Shown here: positions 34,172-47,010 of the stretch, one piece after another
How the letters are laid out: each line of letters opens with the position of its first letter
Position numbering within the stretch: the stretch's first letter is position 1
The notes under the pieces: model-generated
Database searches by the model: none
Told to the model about the DNA's origin: nothing
Seen by the model: only the letters and a program-made list of their open reading frames with translations
Source of the DNA: Neophaeotheca triangularis
Lineage: Eukaryota
Assembly (NCBI GenBank): GCA_054600435.1
Contig: BAAIJX010000042.1
Span: 62,001-126,000, forward strand
Reading direction: 5' to 3'
Length of the DNA: 64,000 nucleotides
Position numbers and translations under genes: made by a program

Positions 34172-35744
34172 ATGGTTTCCTGGCTTTGCATCGCCGTCTT
34201 TGTATGGTACGTACACTCTCGCCATGCTTCTGTCACCGGAACCTTGTGCGCTGACCCCCTCCACCTGCTTCAGGTTGTTTCGTTACTTGCGTTTGATTGT
34301 GAACTGCATATCACACTGGACTTTCCGGCCAATCCCCATACCTGAGAACCCGACATACACATCGCAGGATGTCACAATCATACTGCCGACAATCTCGACC
34401 GGCGGCACCGAGCTGGAGGAAACGGTGCGGACTTGTCTGCGGGCAGAGCCTCTGGAGATGATCCTGGTGACTGTCGATGCCAACGTGGAAAATCTCGCAA
34501 AGGTCGCCGCCAGCATCAACGCAAAAAAGATCCGCGTCCTCAGCATCCGAGAAGCCAATAAGCGTAGGCAAATGTGTCGCGCCATTCCCGAGGTGAACTC
34601 GAAAATCACCATGTTCGTCGACGACGATGTCATCTGGCCGCCCAAAGTTCTGCAGTGGATACTCGCGCCTTTTGAAGATCCGAGAGTGGGTGGTGCTGGC
34701 ACTTCTCAGCGATTGAAGAGGTCGGAGAAGATGAGTATCTGGAGTTTCTTGGGAGCCGCCTACCTGGAACGAAGGAACTTTGACTGCTCGGCTTGTCTTC
34801 ACATCGATGGCGGGCTCCCATGTCTCTCTGGGCGAACTGTAGCCTACCGCACCGATATCCTGCAGGACGACGCTTTCACCCACGGCTTCACCAACGAGGA
34901 GTGGCGGACTTGCCAACTCAACGCCGACGATGACAATTTCATCACCCGGTGGATGTACGCCCACGACTGGAAGATTGCTATGCAATACCACAAAGAGGCC
35001 GAGGTGCAAACGACACTGGAGGATAGTGAAAAGTACCTGAGTCAATGTCTTCGTTGGGTCCGCAGCAACTGGCGAAGCAACCTGACCAGCATGTTTGTCG
35101 AGCGCCATTACTGGTGGTAAGTGTGGCTGCCTTTGTTCCCGTCACGCTCGGGCTTTTTCTAACGTAGTCTCCAGGACCCAACCTTGGAGCACGTACGCAG
35201 TTCTGCAGACGACTATTACAGCTTGGGCGCTGCCTTACGACGCTCTCATCTTCTACTCGGCCTACAAAGCAACCCTTGATTGGGACAGCGAGGCTCGCAC
35301 CGCCCTGATGATCAGCTTGGCAGCATGGACGTTTGTTTTCAGCAAAACCGTCAAGCTGTGGGGCCACTTCTTCCGTTATCCGGCAGATGTCATGTACATA
35401 CCCGTGTACATTGCTTTTGGGTACCTGCACGGGATCATCAAGGCATGGGGTCTCCTCACCCTGAGCGAGGTAAGACAGCCCAGCACCACACTCCTCAACG
35501 TGCAATGAAGATTGGCTTACGGTGATCAATGCAGACTACATGGGGTAGCAGAGAAGGTGCGGACACGGATGACCGGGTCCGTATGATCCGCCTGCCACGC
35601 TACGGCTCGGACCTGCCGGAAGGTCGCAAATCGCAGACGTTCGAGTACACAAACGAAGCCATGCGAGACCAACTACCCGCGTACGAAACACACCAGACAC
35701 GAGGAGCCCCTATAACCTTAATGACGCCCACTTATCACGATTAA
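34172..35744 (+). CDS. CPS1: GT2 processive polysaccharide synthase (Cps1/hyaluronan-synthase-like), ~460 aa
   Basis: Exons 34172-34206, 34274-35116, 35175-35469, 35535-35744. LFRYLRLIV, ANKRRQM, FVDDDV, CLSGRT, ADDDNFITRW, QCLRW (QxxRW) and TTWGSR. Confidence 0.88.
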
Positions 35745-36852
35745 CGACTCTCCTTGTTACAACTCTCGATACCCCGGCATCCGATTCTTCCTTTTTCGCT
35801 TACGCACACCGCTTATAGAGGTGGTCAGAGACCGCGAGGCACATCTGCTGCTTATGGGGGAGGCAAAGGCTTTTCTAGGTCAGGGAAAAGTTCTGGGTCC
35901 GACATGTTTGAGCGGACCGGATCGAAATTGCTGTTTTTATTTTATTTGGGGGCGTGGCGCGTTTGGTGATGCCAGCTAGCTGCCCAGGAGGACCCTTCTC
36001 CCTTCCGTGCTTGTTTCAGCACGATGGGAGCTGAGCAGGAGGCAGCGTGTGTGGGCGGGTGGCTCGGTGCTTGTTTGCGCCTTTTATGGATGAGCGTTCT
36101 TGTACCATAATGAGCTCTTCCGGCTCTTGCCAGCGGACAGCGCTGACATTTAATTGCTTTGTCCTTCACAAATCACGAATTGCACTGCGATGACTTTTTG
36201 GCCAGGGGACGAGATTCGTGCGGTGCCAAAGCCTCGTCGTTGATTGCGCCATCCCTGCTCTCCGCCAGATAGACGTCGTCTAGAATCGACCCGCGTGCAT
36301 GCCCGCTGCTGCTGTGCAACTCCTCCCACGATACCTATGCAGTACAACCGACAAGCTGCGCAGTATTAATGCCACGCACCTGCAGCCACGGTTCTGTGTA
36401 ACCAGACTTGTAGAAGTTCTGCAGGCCGATGCTCGTGCCAGAGGGTAGACTTGGGAGTCTGACGAAAGCCGACCTGAGGAAGCAGAGCTCTTGCAAGAAA
36501 AAATTCCTCGACTGCATGAAAACCATGCCCGAGCCATGACACTGGGCAGTACCTTAAGCGAGTGAGTGACTACTACTGGGCCGGACAGCTGGCAAGCTGC
36601 AACTCACTACTACTGCTGTCCTGTCAGGTCGGCGATGGAGCTGTCGCTACTACTACAGGCTCGCCACACTGCATGCCTACGTACGGTAACTACATGACTA
36701 CTCCATGCAGGCAATGCAGCCCTTTTCCCGCCTTGTGCGTGCAAGAGCCTGGCGCATCTTCCTGGCATTCTTGCAATACTAATGATGATTGCGTGCTGCT
36801 AAGTTGGCACTTGCATACACTAATGAGGTACTACGGTCACTACCTAAGGTAC

Positions 36853-36896
36853 CTACTACGACTACTACTACTACTACTACTACTACTCCTACTACG
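36853..36896. repeat. Imperfect (CTA)n microsatellite
   Basis: Direct reading: ctactacgactactactactactactactactactcctactac. Confidence 0.9.
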
Positions 36897-39757
36897 ACCT
36901 GCTCTCTTCAGGTCGGGTACCTCCCACGCATCGCATGTACATGCGGAGCACGGGCGGGTTTCTTGGCCTTCGCCTGAGTGCTTTGCCGTCCTCCGGGCCC
37001 AGTCAGGTCGGCTCCGCTTCACACCCTCGATATTATCTACGGATACATTATTATTATTATTATCATTTACGAGCTCGAGGACGGCAGAACGTCCAACGCC
37101 ATCTTGCGACGGCTTCCATTATCTTTATTAGTCGGCCCGCTGAAGCTTTCAGGGTGCAGTCCGCTCCCTCCTACTACTACTGCAACTCATAGCGAGCTGA
37201 AGCTTCCACCTCCCTAGTAGTGACTAGTCCCTCTCTCTGCCTCTGGACCCTAGTAGGTAGACGAGGTGAAGGTGTTCGCCTTGCGCGGACAGGGATCATG
37301 GGCCAACGGAAGATCTGTGGTTCCAATAACTTAATGCCCGTCATCTCTAGCTTGACGGCCAGCCTTTGCTCGAGCTCTGTTGCTGGTCGGCCCGCCGCTT
37401 GCTGCTTGCACGTCCGCTTGACTTTTCTTTTCGCTGCTGTGTTGTGTCGAGCGGCGGCGCGAACGTCGGGGTTTGGGTCACTTGGTTGGGTACTTTCACC
37501 TGTTGACTCGGTTGAAGGCTGAGCGTGTACTCAGTGGTTCAACTAGCGACATCCTCCGCTTTACGGAAGGTTTTCTTCAGCTACTTATTAGGTGTGTAGT
37601 GTGTACTTCCGAAATGGGTACGAAGGAGCTGCACGCCTGCTTCTTATCGCGCGAACCTTTTCTTTTGATCGACGTGTCTTACGATTAGCTTTCGTTCGAA
37701 TGGAGACAGTACTCCAGTAGCTAGTAGTATGCTCAGGTTTCCCGAGTCATGACCCACCACCATGGCAGTACTACGGTCGGAACAACTGCGACAAGTACAC
37801 GACTACTACTACTGTTGATTGTACCAAGTTGCGCCTCTTCAGTCGCAAGTGACATTCGGACTGCACCTGTCAGTCACTTGACCGAGATCAACGGCATTTC
37901 CACGGGTCGGAACCGCATACGCTTCTCCGTATAAGGTAGGTAGGTGATTTTGTATATCCTGTTGATTACTGTGTCCTCGATCGCATCTGACGACCATTGT
38001 CAAAGATTCCTAGAGAGTACTGTAATGCTTGGAAGCCCTAGGGCCGGCTTCCTATCTCCTCCACCTCTCGGCCTTGATTCACACATCATAGAGAGACTCG
38101 TTGCGGAGCGCCACCTTCTTAGTGCCATGACACTCTGCCCACTTAGCGCCGCCTGTCCAGCGTGGAGCTCGCCTGTCATCCCTCATCAGTTAGTTCAATC
38201 CACTACTCCCCACCAAGTCTACTATTATACCAAAGATGACTGAGGCCCTCAGTGACGAATCGACCACTAAAAGAGGGCGAAGTCGATTACAGTCCCACTG
38301 GCCACCCGTGTACTGTGCCCTCCCTTCTTGAAAAAGAATCAGAATGATTTCTGTCAAGAATGGTATCTTGTCCGTCAATTTTCGAGTAGGGGCTATCAAG
38401 TGATCGTCCCGAGCTCCAAAGCCTGGCTTAACAGGCTAGTTAACAGCTACATAGTAATATGTACCCACCCACCTCCTCTCCACTTCTGACATCTCCAGAG
38501 TCCCGGAGTCAATAATCATAATAATCCCAATCAACTACAGTGAGAACTATTGCTCCACTAGTGGAGTCTAGTCCTAGAGTTACGCCATCTGCTGACAGTT
38601 TGATGATTCGTGACAGCAGCTGACCTTCGACACTTCTTGCTCCTCTTCACTACTGCTACTTGTCCCCCCTCGTGTTTGCCCGACCTCCGTCGATACTCGA
38701 TACCTCTTGTGTACCTTCTTGCTCCATGTTTCTCCCAGCCCTACAGGCCAGGGCATCTTCAAACCGGTCGGGTTGCCAAAACTTGGGAGTTTCAAGCAAG
38801 CCTGAGGTACGCGGTAGAGGCTCTACACCGAGAGTATCATGGGTGTTGTGTTGTACGCAGTCGCGCTTGAAGTCCATGCACCTGATACCTTAAAGTTCTC
38901 CGCCAAGCGACTCGTCTGTTGACATTTATCTCCCTTATCGCTTTCTCCTCAACTCGCGCGGGACGAGCAATGCCACCGTGTCTCAACATGTTATCCTCAA
39001 CAAGCTGTCATCTATCGTGACGGCCATCGGAGGAAGAAAGCTGAACTACATTCACGTAGCCTCTAAAACCCTGTGCAGGACGAAATGCGAAGCCAACCCG
39101 TATCTGAACCATGTTCCGACACTGGCTCCCGCAGATGATACCCTTCTACATGCCACCTGATACTGGCCCTTCAGCGGATGTCAGTGGTGCAGCTCATAGC
39201 CGCAACTGGCAAATGAAGCGCTCGCCCATCAGACCACTGCGACCAGACGTCCCGCGAGTCAAGTAGCCAGACTAGACGAAAAGACCACAGACATCGCACT
39301 TCTTCCATGTCAGCTGCTTTACATAGTAGATCTTTACCAACGGACACCAGCTGGAGTCAACATCGGCATGGTGTCCGACGTCTACTCCAAGCGACTGATA
39401 CTGCTTCAAGTTGGCGGAAGGATCAAGCACACAGTGCTTTCCATCGGCGCCTGTATCGCTACTTGTGCTCTGCTGTTACAGTTGTCGGCCTGCGAGCCTG
39501 CCATCTCGAAGCCAGATATTGAATGGTTTCATTTCTGCCAACATTCGACACCAGTATGCTGCCTCCAGAGTACCGTGACGAAGACTTGGCTATCTATGGA
39601 TTGCCCCCCAAAGCGACTAGTTCTACCTCCTAAATCGCATCCACGGCTTAGCGCAGCTCAGTAAGACAAGGATCGACCAAGTGTCCGAGTCCGCTATTCA
39701 GGGGAAGGCAGCTGAAGCGGAAGCGGGCATTGACAACTGTGCGCTTGAGTGTGGTGG

Positions 39758-39946
39758 TCATATGCCAGCTGTTAGAGCATCAACAGATGGTAGCGATAAG
39801 GTGTCTTCGACTTGCACCACGAATAGACGCGAATGGTTTTGAGGGACCGCTCGTACGCTTTCTCGTTTGGCAGCGTCCCAAACGGTGCCGATGACTTTGT
39901 ATCCGGCTTCGAGAAGCCGCTGGGCGTTGCACTCTACGACTACCAA
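39758..39946 (-). pseudogene. Fragment of an NAD(P)-dependent epimerase/aldehyde reductase (Gre2-like)
   Basis: Translation QRLLEAGYKVIGTVWDAAKRESV resembles the family segment LLxxGYxVxGTVR. The upstream GxxGxxG and ATG are missing and the frame stops at 39758. Confidence 0.5.
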
Positions 39947-41595
39947 CTAATACACATACACGAAGGCTGGGTTAGTTCGATCAGTCAACTTCCTTCCCCT
40001 CGAGCTCTGCGCACTAGGTTGCTCTGTACCGACAGCATGCACTTCTATCTCGCGGTTCGCTGATCTGTTCCGGTTGCGGTACCCATAGAGCAACCTCAAA
40101 GCGACCGCCGCGATCATCGCTGCGCCGTTGACAGCAAATATCGTTATCTTGGCGGAGACATAGCCGGGTGCTTTATATGAGCGGAACGTCTGAGGGCCTA
40201 TGATATTTGCGATTGAGAAGCCTGGAGATAAGACTCAGCGTCCCATTCAGAATCCTTCGAAAGCACGGCCCTCGCTTACCGACTTGAGTCAGAGCATTCG
40301 CGGTGATTTTTGGGGTGTACGATTGCGTGTTCGCACCCGCAAGCGCGTATATGAGAGCCAATGGAGCGACGCAGAAGTTGATGAGGTAGATTCCACCGAG
40401 GGCGCCACCTTGAGAGGATTCGAAAGACATGAGCGCTGCGCCAGTGATTGTAGGGATGAGGAGGACCACGATGCCCAGCCATCGCGGAACGCGGTAAAGG
40501 ATGGCAAACGTCGATGCAAGTGTTGCGAATATCGACACTATGCCAGAGGGCATGTTCAGCAACGCGGCCGTCTTGGGGGTGTAGCCGAAACCCAAGATGA
40601 GTGTCGCGCTGAAAGTCGTAATCACGCCGCTCGGAACGACTATCAGGATGGTCAACAGCGTCAAAAGCCAGATTGCTGGATCGAGGAGCGTTTCGGGCAA
40701 AGCAGCTGCCTGGAACACTCGCTTTCCATTTCCCGCTTGATCCAGCGCCAAACTCTTCTCGATTTGTTCTTTTTGGCTTTTGGTAAGGAACGTCGCCGAC
40801 TCAACGTCGTTGGGCAAGAACACGATTACTGCGACGGCGACGAGGATGTTGAAAGCGCCGACGCAGACGAAGATGATCCGCCAACCTTCGAACGATGAGG
40901 TTCCAGAGCCGTGTTGGCCGGCAAAAGAAATGAGCCCTCCGATTCTGATCCCGTTAGCTTTCAGAGCGAACGCTGGTCTCTGCCGCCCTGAACTCACATC
41001 TGCCCTGCACCGAGACCACAATACCAGATGCCCGTTCTCGGGCAAGCTTGCCTCTTCGTATACCACTGGCTGGTGATCAGGACGAGCGCCGGTGTGATGA
41101 TGGCTTCCAAAGCTCCCAAAAGAGCCCGCAAGGCAAGCATGCCTGTATAGTCTTGCACCGCGCTCGAACAGCAAAGTGTAACGCCCCAGAGGAGGACGTT
41201 GTAACCGAGGAGCTTGCTGACGGGCAACTTCTGGAGCGAGAAGCCCTGTGGGAATTCCGCTAGAGCATAGGCGATGAAGAACCCCGTCGCCATCCAGCTG
41301 AAGTCCTGGCCTTCCATGTTGAGCGAGTCGGTCATTCCCATCTAGAAGAACATCAGATCAGTTTTGCAAACCGCTTACCGACACCGCTACACGGCTCGCT
41401 TACGATGTTTGCGAAGTTGATGAGCACTTTGTCCAAGAATTGCAAGAGATAGCAAAGGAACATCAACGGCATGATTCGCTAATCGATCTTTCGATACAAC
41501 GCCCGTCGGTCGACGGGCTCAGCTCGCGCGGCAACATTGTCCGGTCTTTGATCGGAACTTGCGGCAACGGGGGGTGATTTGATACCTTTCTCCAT
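39947..41595 (-). pseudogene. MFS allantoate-permease (Dal5/ACS family) gene with one in-frame premature stop
   Basis: Exons 41595-41404, 41341-40998, 40944-40280, 40221-39947 (492 codons, in frame). Reads RKID*RIMPLMFLCYLLQFLDK with TAG at 41481-41479; QWYTKRQ, WRIIF, ANIIGPQTF and terminal LTDRTNPAFVYVY are intact. Confidence 0.82.
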
Positions 41596-43093
41596 AGGTC
41601 CGAGGCTTAGTGATGGTAAGCGACCGAGGTGAGCGAACTGACTGTCTCACCCATTTTTCCGCTGCTCGGGGGATGCGCTTCCCTTTATGCTGTATGATGG
41701 GTTCCACAGCGTTGCCACAAGTAGCTGGGCGTAAGCTGCCGATCAGCTTGACGAGCAAGCCACCTTTTTCACATTACCACCAACCATGACGAGATAGGAA
41801 GTACGCTCCGCTAACAGAGGGGTTCTACGATAACGAATAGCTGGATGAGCTTGCCCTGCAGCATCACGTGTCGGTCGCCTCCAATGGCTCCCGTTTCCCG
41901 CAAGAATGGCGCATGGGCATTGCCAAGGCCAAACCGGTCATTCTCAAACCCCTAATCATGCGCGATATTGGACAAGCGGGAGCATACCCAACCAACACAG
42001 CCTTGCTGACTACCGAGAGAAAGTCCGACACCGACTATAATCAACTTCCCCCGTGATCGATGCACACAACCATCTGAAAGAGACCGCTCTGGACATGGGG
42101 GTTCGCAAGTCCGAGGTCCGGCACAAAGCCACCGCGTTGCATTCAAAACAGCGGCGCTGTAGACTTTTGAGAATGGCGCGAGCGTTCAGGCTGATCGTGG
42201 AAAGCACCCGATCCCAGATGCGCGAGCGACGCTCGGGGTAAACCCACGATAGCACGCTATGGAAATCATGCTGCTGCCGCCGCGTCCCCGGAGCCGACCG
42301 CTTGCGAGAGCTGGTCATCGAAGAGGTTGTGGGGAGTGAAGCCATTTGAGTTCTAGGATCGACAAAACCGTCATGTTCCAGTTGCGGCAACGGGCGAGCT
42401 GGTTTCGATGCCGTTTTTCCTACTCTGCCGCTTGCAGTGAGTTTCCAAAGCAAGATCGCTGGAGCGTTTCAACCACCTCCCGGGGACCTGGTGGGCAATT
42501 TTTTGGCAATGTAGATGGGCGCGCGCGCGGAAGCTTTTCTCCAACTCCGACGACGTCCAGATGTGGTGGAGGCTGTACGTCCATGACGAGGTTCCGTGCT
42601 GGGGTCAGGAGGCGCTGCGCTTTGTTGGGAGATGCTGCTCCCCCCTTGTTGCCGGACTAGAGCTAGAGTGCTTGCATGGATGATGGCTATCGCGGATGCG
42701 GGTGCTCTGTTGCTAACCTCCTCAGCGAGGATTCGAGGCGCTGTCGGTGTCTGAGAAGCTTCTGGTTGATGGCTAGGAGAGGAAGCCGAGAGCGACCAAT
42801 GTGGGTATTAGTGTTCAAAGGCCTTGTGGGTTTGAGTGACAGAGTCGGCTGGCCGATAGCATGGACAAGTCGGGCTGGTTGGCGATTGAGGGGGTTTGTG
42901 GGTGTGATGGACACTCACTTGCTCAGAGTCTCGTGGAGTCGAAGAGCAGGTGATTTCATCGAGAGCGTTGCTAGAGCGATTGTCCGAGTAGGCTGGTACC
43001 GGGTACAGGGTATTGACAACAGCGAGGATTCTTTTTTTCAATTTTGACCCAATTTCAGACGAAAGACGACTCAGAATTGGTGACCCATGCTAT

Positions 43094-44420
43094 TCAAGTA
43101 AATAGTGCCCTCTTCTTCAAAATCGCCGAGTTCTCATTCAGATTGCCAAAGTCGTGAGCGTCCAGACAAGCTTGCCGGCTGAGGAGTACAGCTGGCCTTG
43201 TTCGCTGGCGTAGCTCCGCCTCGTAGCCATCTAGAGCTTCGCGCTTTATTTTCAACCCGCGTTCCAATGCCTCCATGGCTTTGGCTAGATTGAATGCATC
43301 CAGGATACCGTGGTTGGCCGCCTCTCCCCGATACATGGTCATCGCGTGCGCAGCTAGGGAAATGTTAGCCGGGGTGGGAAACGCTGGGCTGTATCATAAG
43401 CAAAACCCACCATCGCCGACAAGCGTTACTCGTCCACCACAATTATCCCACATCTCGGACGGCCAATCTGTAAGTCTAATCTCAGTGACAAGAACGGTTT
43501 TGTCGATTCCGTCGATGACTTTCTTCAACTTTGGCGAAAACCCAATAGCCTTGTCTCTCATCTGCTCAAGCCGCTCTCCTTGCGAATCTAGAACCTCGTC
43601 AGATCCGGTCTTCAGCAGCCATGAGAGGTTGATCTGAACTTTATAGATCCCTTGGACATCGTCTCCCGAGATAGATGTGCGTTTCGTCTTCGGTACGTCC
43701 AACATCGATACCCACATGAAAGTCCCCGTTGTGGGATGGCTGCCTTGAAACAGCAGAGGGTCCAAGCTTCGCAGCGGTTGCACTTGTTCGCAAGTCATGT
43801 CGGCGGCAACGCCGACACAGCGTACCAGCAGCTGCTTCGCCTCGTGCGTTTCGGGTTTCAGAAACTTCCTCGTGCGAGAGTGGTTGCCTTCCGCTCCCAC
43901 GAGAAGCGAGCCCGAAACCGTGCTCCCGTCTTCGAAAGCGGCCGTCACCCCATCAGTGGATGGAAGGATGTCGACCAAGCGTTTGCCCCAGTGGACGCGG
44001 TCCTTGACTCCGGCCAATTGCGTTCGCCGCATTTTCTCCCTACCCGCGCGGCGACGGTGGTTCGGGGGGATCTTGAATTTCACCTCCTCCGTTTCCAGGT
44101 TCAGGAAGAGGAAATTGCCCGTGTCGTTCTGACCGACTTGGGGAGCGACTTGGATCTCGTCCAGGGCGGCGTAAACGGCCGGCTCCAACATCTGTTGTAG
44201 ATATGGGAGCACCCAGTGCAGCATTATGGCCCATTCCTGGCCTCGAGAGTCGATCTTCTCGTCTCGCTCGTAGATCTCGAATGCTATCCCGGCCTGAGTG
44301 CGGTTAGTCGGGAGTCGTACTAGCTTTGCGGAGGGCCTGCTTTACTTTTTTGAGTTCGTGAGCAAGTGTCAAACCACAGATGCCGGCGCCAATGATAAGG
44401 ATGGGAGCCTTTTGTTCCAT
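43094..44420 (-). CDS. FAD-dependent monooxygenase (FAD_binding_3 type), ~405 aa
   Basis: Exons 44420-44346, 44293-43411, 43353-43094. IIGAGICG, IYERD, LLVGAEG and VTLVGDAAHAMTMYRGEAANHG. Confidence 0.88.
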
Positions 44421-44970
44421 GCTGACTGATATGCGGTGTTCTTTCTCATCTTTGAAAAATTCATGTAGCCAGGCGAGTTGGTGGAGACGTGCTCTACTCA
44501 AGAAGACAGATGCTGAGTCCCTGTCAGCTCCAAAGTGACCGGCTTACGCCAAGTGGCCGACGCGGTCAGCATCTTCATCTCTTGGTGAAGATGACCTCGA
44601 TGGACCGTAGACTCTCCGTGCTGCGTCAAAACCACTCGGTCTTGTTATCTTTACGGCACAGCGCCAGCTCCAAAAGTTGGTCGCATGTACAATATGATTC
44701 CACTGTCGACACAGGGTAAGAGTTTGAGAAGACCCGGCCGGACCTCACCCCTGTCGCGCATCATCGTCAGCCGGCGAGGCCCGCTACAACATGCCCAGTT
44801 CCCAGTCCAGCGTGCCCCTCGCCACCCTGCTGAAACACTACTTGGGTATGGTCTGGGTCTCATGTCGTGTAACGACGCAACTTGCTGCGTACAGTAGTAG
44901 AGAAGCGGTGAGTGATCTTATTAATTACATATTCAAGAGCTTGACGATTCTTGCGACAAGAGGCACCCCC

Positions 44971-44995
44971 ATCGCATCGCATCGCATCGCATCGC
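44971..44995. repeat. (ATCGC)5 microsatellite
   Basis: Five perfect copies read directly. Confidence 0.95.
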
Positions 44996-47010
44996 GCCTG
45001 TCGCCATCCTTCCACCAAGAGAGGCACGCCCAGGAGCTGGTAAGACACTTGGCGACCGTATTACTGGTAAGAGCCGTATCGTCGCCGTCGACATGTCGCT
45101 GTCAGCTCCCAGAAGCAGGAATCGTGGCTTTGCGACAAATTCGATACCGCTGGAGAACTTGCCTGGACCTGCTGAGCTTTGCGACTGTAACGGACTCGGC
45201 CAGTATACCTGTTTTGCCCCACGGGACCTTTTCATCGCCATCTGTGAAGACGCTCTTTGCATCAGCCATCCTACCTACTTACCTAGCTGCCTACCTACCT
45301 ACCTACCTTCCTACTCAACCCCCCTCTCTCGCAGCGCAGAGCAGACACCCTTTCCTCGTGTTTGCTTCCTCTCAAACCTGTGCAATCACAGACCCGTTCT
45401 TGTGCGACAGCTGGGTGGCGGTGGAAGGCTCGGCTCCTGCCTCTACCCGTCTTGCCGAGGGGTGGACGGATGGAAGGGGGAGAAATCATGTCGCTGCTCA
45501 GCAGGTACTGTAGCTATGCGCGAGACTTTGCGACTTGAGGCATCTGCTCGCGGCTTCTGCAGCCAGACGAACGCATCGGACCGTGTGCAGCTTGTCGTGC
45601 GGTGTGTTGTGCAGTCCTGGCGTCAGGGGGTGGTTTTGTCGTCACGGGTTTTGTTGATTTGGGAGAGGGAATTGGTGGGTGGGACTTCGACATCAAAGCT
45701 GCGTGAATTGCGCTGTGCTGCTGTCTTCTTGGATCAAAGTGAGGCCATGTAAAATTGAGGTCCGTCTCGAAAACCCTGAGTATGATTGCTAACAAGATGC
45801 TGGCTTGTTCGCTGTGACGGTCCAGACAGCATGCCTCAAGGCCCTTTCTTGCTGCGCTAAGACCGTCCACGACCTGGTACTCACAAAACCCAGCGAGCAA
45901 CCCGGAGGAACCGTACCGGATGCGTGGGATTATTGCGCAATCAGTATCGGTTTTGCCGCGCTAAGCAGGAGCATCACTGCCACCGCTTTCTGATGTTGAT
46001 ACGTTTGCTCAGAAAGGATCAGAAGAAGCACGCATAGCTGAGCGTACTTCTCGCCATTAATGCTGTCTTAGCCTACGCTGGGCTTGTGAATAGGTTCGTG
46101 AACACTGCACGCGGCTACTGCGCCCTACTCCACACCTTTACAGGCTACTACGCTTGACAGCTAGTCCCTTGTCTTGCCCTTGTCTGGAGAACCCCCACCC
46201 ACATGGACCGCGAAGCACGAGCAACGTTTGCTGGTCGAACTTCCAAGACGCTAAGATGACAGTTCAACCACCACAATCGACCTGTCTTGCACCAGAAAGT
46301 TCTGGTCATCGTTCGACCCCGCCTAGCTCGTTCCAGATTCGACGTGTTTGGGAGGCTACTCTTGCAAACCAACTCAGCAGAGTCGGGACCTCTGGTAAGT
46401 GAGGACAGCACAGTGTTCAAGGCAAGCATACGGTACGACATCGGTAGTCATCGACAGGGGCAAACGACACCGCTCAACATTCAGATGACCAGTCTGCATG
46501 CTGTGCGTCAAGGCGCTGGCAGATCTTGACGGCTCGAGCACTTCCCGACCGTTAAGCTGCAAGGCTAACGCAGGTCTCCGTTCGATGAGAGACGAATGCT
46601 CGTAGGATCAACCCAAGTACAAGCTCGCCTTCACTGAATGCATTGGCCAGGATGCGTCCGATGAGGATAGTACTGCCAATCAGACCTGATTCCTACGTTA
46701 CTGGTCAAGTCGAGGAGTTGTCATATTGTGAAACGCAAACAAGATGTAATTTGTCTGGCGGTCTCATCATTGCGTCTGTGATTGCTTGCTCGCTCCTCAA
46801 CACTCGCCTCATGTCCACTTGCTTTTATCCTCTTTAGACTTTAGACTTTCCACATCGAACCAACCACAACCTACCAACTCCCTCCTCCGACCCCATATCG
46901 GGACGGAAGCACAGAATAACCCCCCGGCCTCTCTCTCTCGGACAGTCGTCGATCTCTCATGTGTCTGCAGGAATGGTCTTTTAAACTCTTGCCGGCAAAT
47001 ACCCTGCGCG

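Noticed and set aside
41650..43060. Possible degenerate gene between the monooxygenase and the permease
   Set aside because: Splice-like signals and short open frames exist on the minus strand, but no frame gives a recognisable protein; needs BLASTx.
36562..45752. ORF-track entries 36562-37131, 44791-45513 and 45093-45752
   Set aside because: No coding-like composition or motifs; kept open by simple repeats.
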